Source: Mytilus californianus
Lineage: Eukaryota
Assembly (NCBI RefSeq): GCF_021869535.1
Contig: NW_026262679.1
Location: 87,358,001 to 87,422,000 of the forward strand
Reading direction: 5' to 3'
Length of the DNA: 64,000 nucleotides
A program made the position numbers and the translations under genes. This document shows, piece by piece, positions 63,845 through 64,000 of this stretch. Below the pieces are notes generated by a model, which saw only the letters and a list, made by a program, of their open reading frames with translations, made no database searches and had not been told where the DNA came from. Every line of letters begins with the position of its first letter. Position 1 is the stretch's first letter.

Positions 63845-63890
63845 ACGACAGGCGGGCGTTTCGTCTACAAAAGACTTGTCAGTGGCGCTC
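63845..63890 (-). ncRNA. Decayed minimal hammerhead ribozyme
   Basis: The minus strand reads GAGCGCCA-CTGACAA-GTCT-TTTGT-AGAC-GAAA-C-GCCC-GCC-TGTCGT. Same family as 8622, with core and cleavage-site changes. Confidence 0.65.
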
Positions 63891-64000
63891 GAGCCAAAAA
63901 ATTAAAAGGCCAAATAAAATTCGAAGCTGAAGAGCATAAAGGACCAAATATTCCTAAAGGACAGCGTTAACCAACACCCAAATTCTGTTGAAAGTAAAGA

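Overview
AT-rich, intron-containing animal DNA. The repeat content and the myosin light chain suggest a bivalve mollusc, probably Mytilus (inference). Almost every ORF in the six-frame track is spurious or a transposon fragment. Two spliced host genes can be built with consistent GT-AG junctions and phases. (1) A plus-strand muscle myosin regulatory light chain (MRLC, CDS 55287-60360) with two mutually exclusive N-terminal exons (55622-55702 and 55777-55854), a candidate muscle-type promoter and a structured GCAUG-rich downstream intron. (2) A minus-strand gene (CDS exons 30256 to 19874, N-terminus unresolved) encoding a chitin-binding-like Cys module plus a LamG/ConA-like domain, resembling Pif-like shell-matrix proteins. 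The rest is a dense mobile-element landscape. It includes a decayed Penelope-like (Naiad-type) retroelement with three in-frame TGA codons at apparent Cys positions (possible selenocysteine), many truncated 3' ends of related elements, several minimal type I hammerhead ribozymes (one pair reconstructs to a 356-nt retrozyme-like unit), a 2.1-kb CAC...GTG foldback element, a full-length dead Harbinger (TIRs, TAA TSD), hAT, Tx1-like and CR1/L2-like fragments, SINEs, MITEs and a 1.26-kb tandem duplication. No rRNA, true tRNA or CRISPR array was found. All family assignments come from motif recognition by eye, not from database searches.
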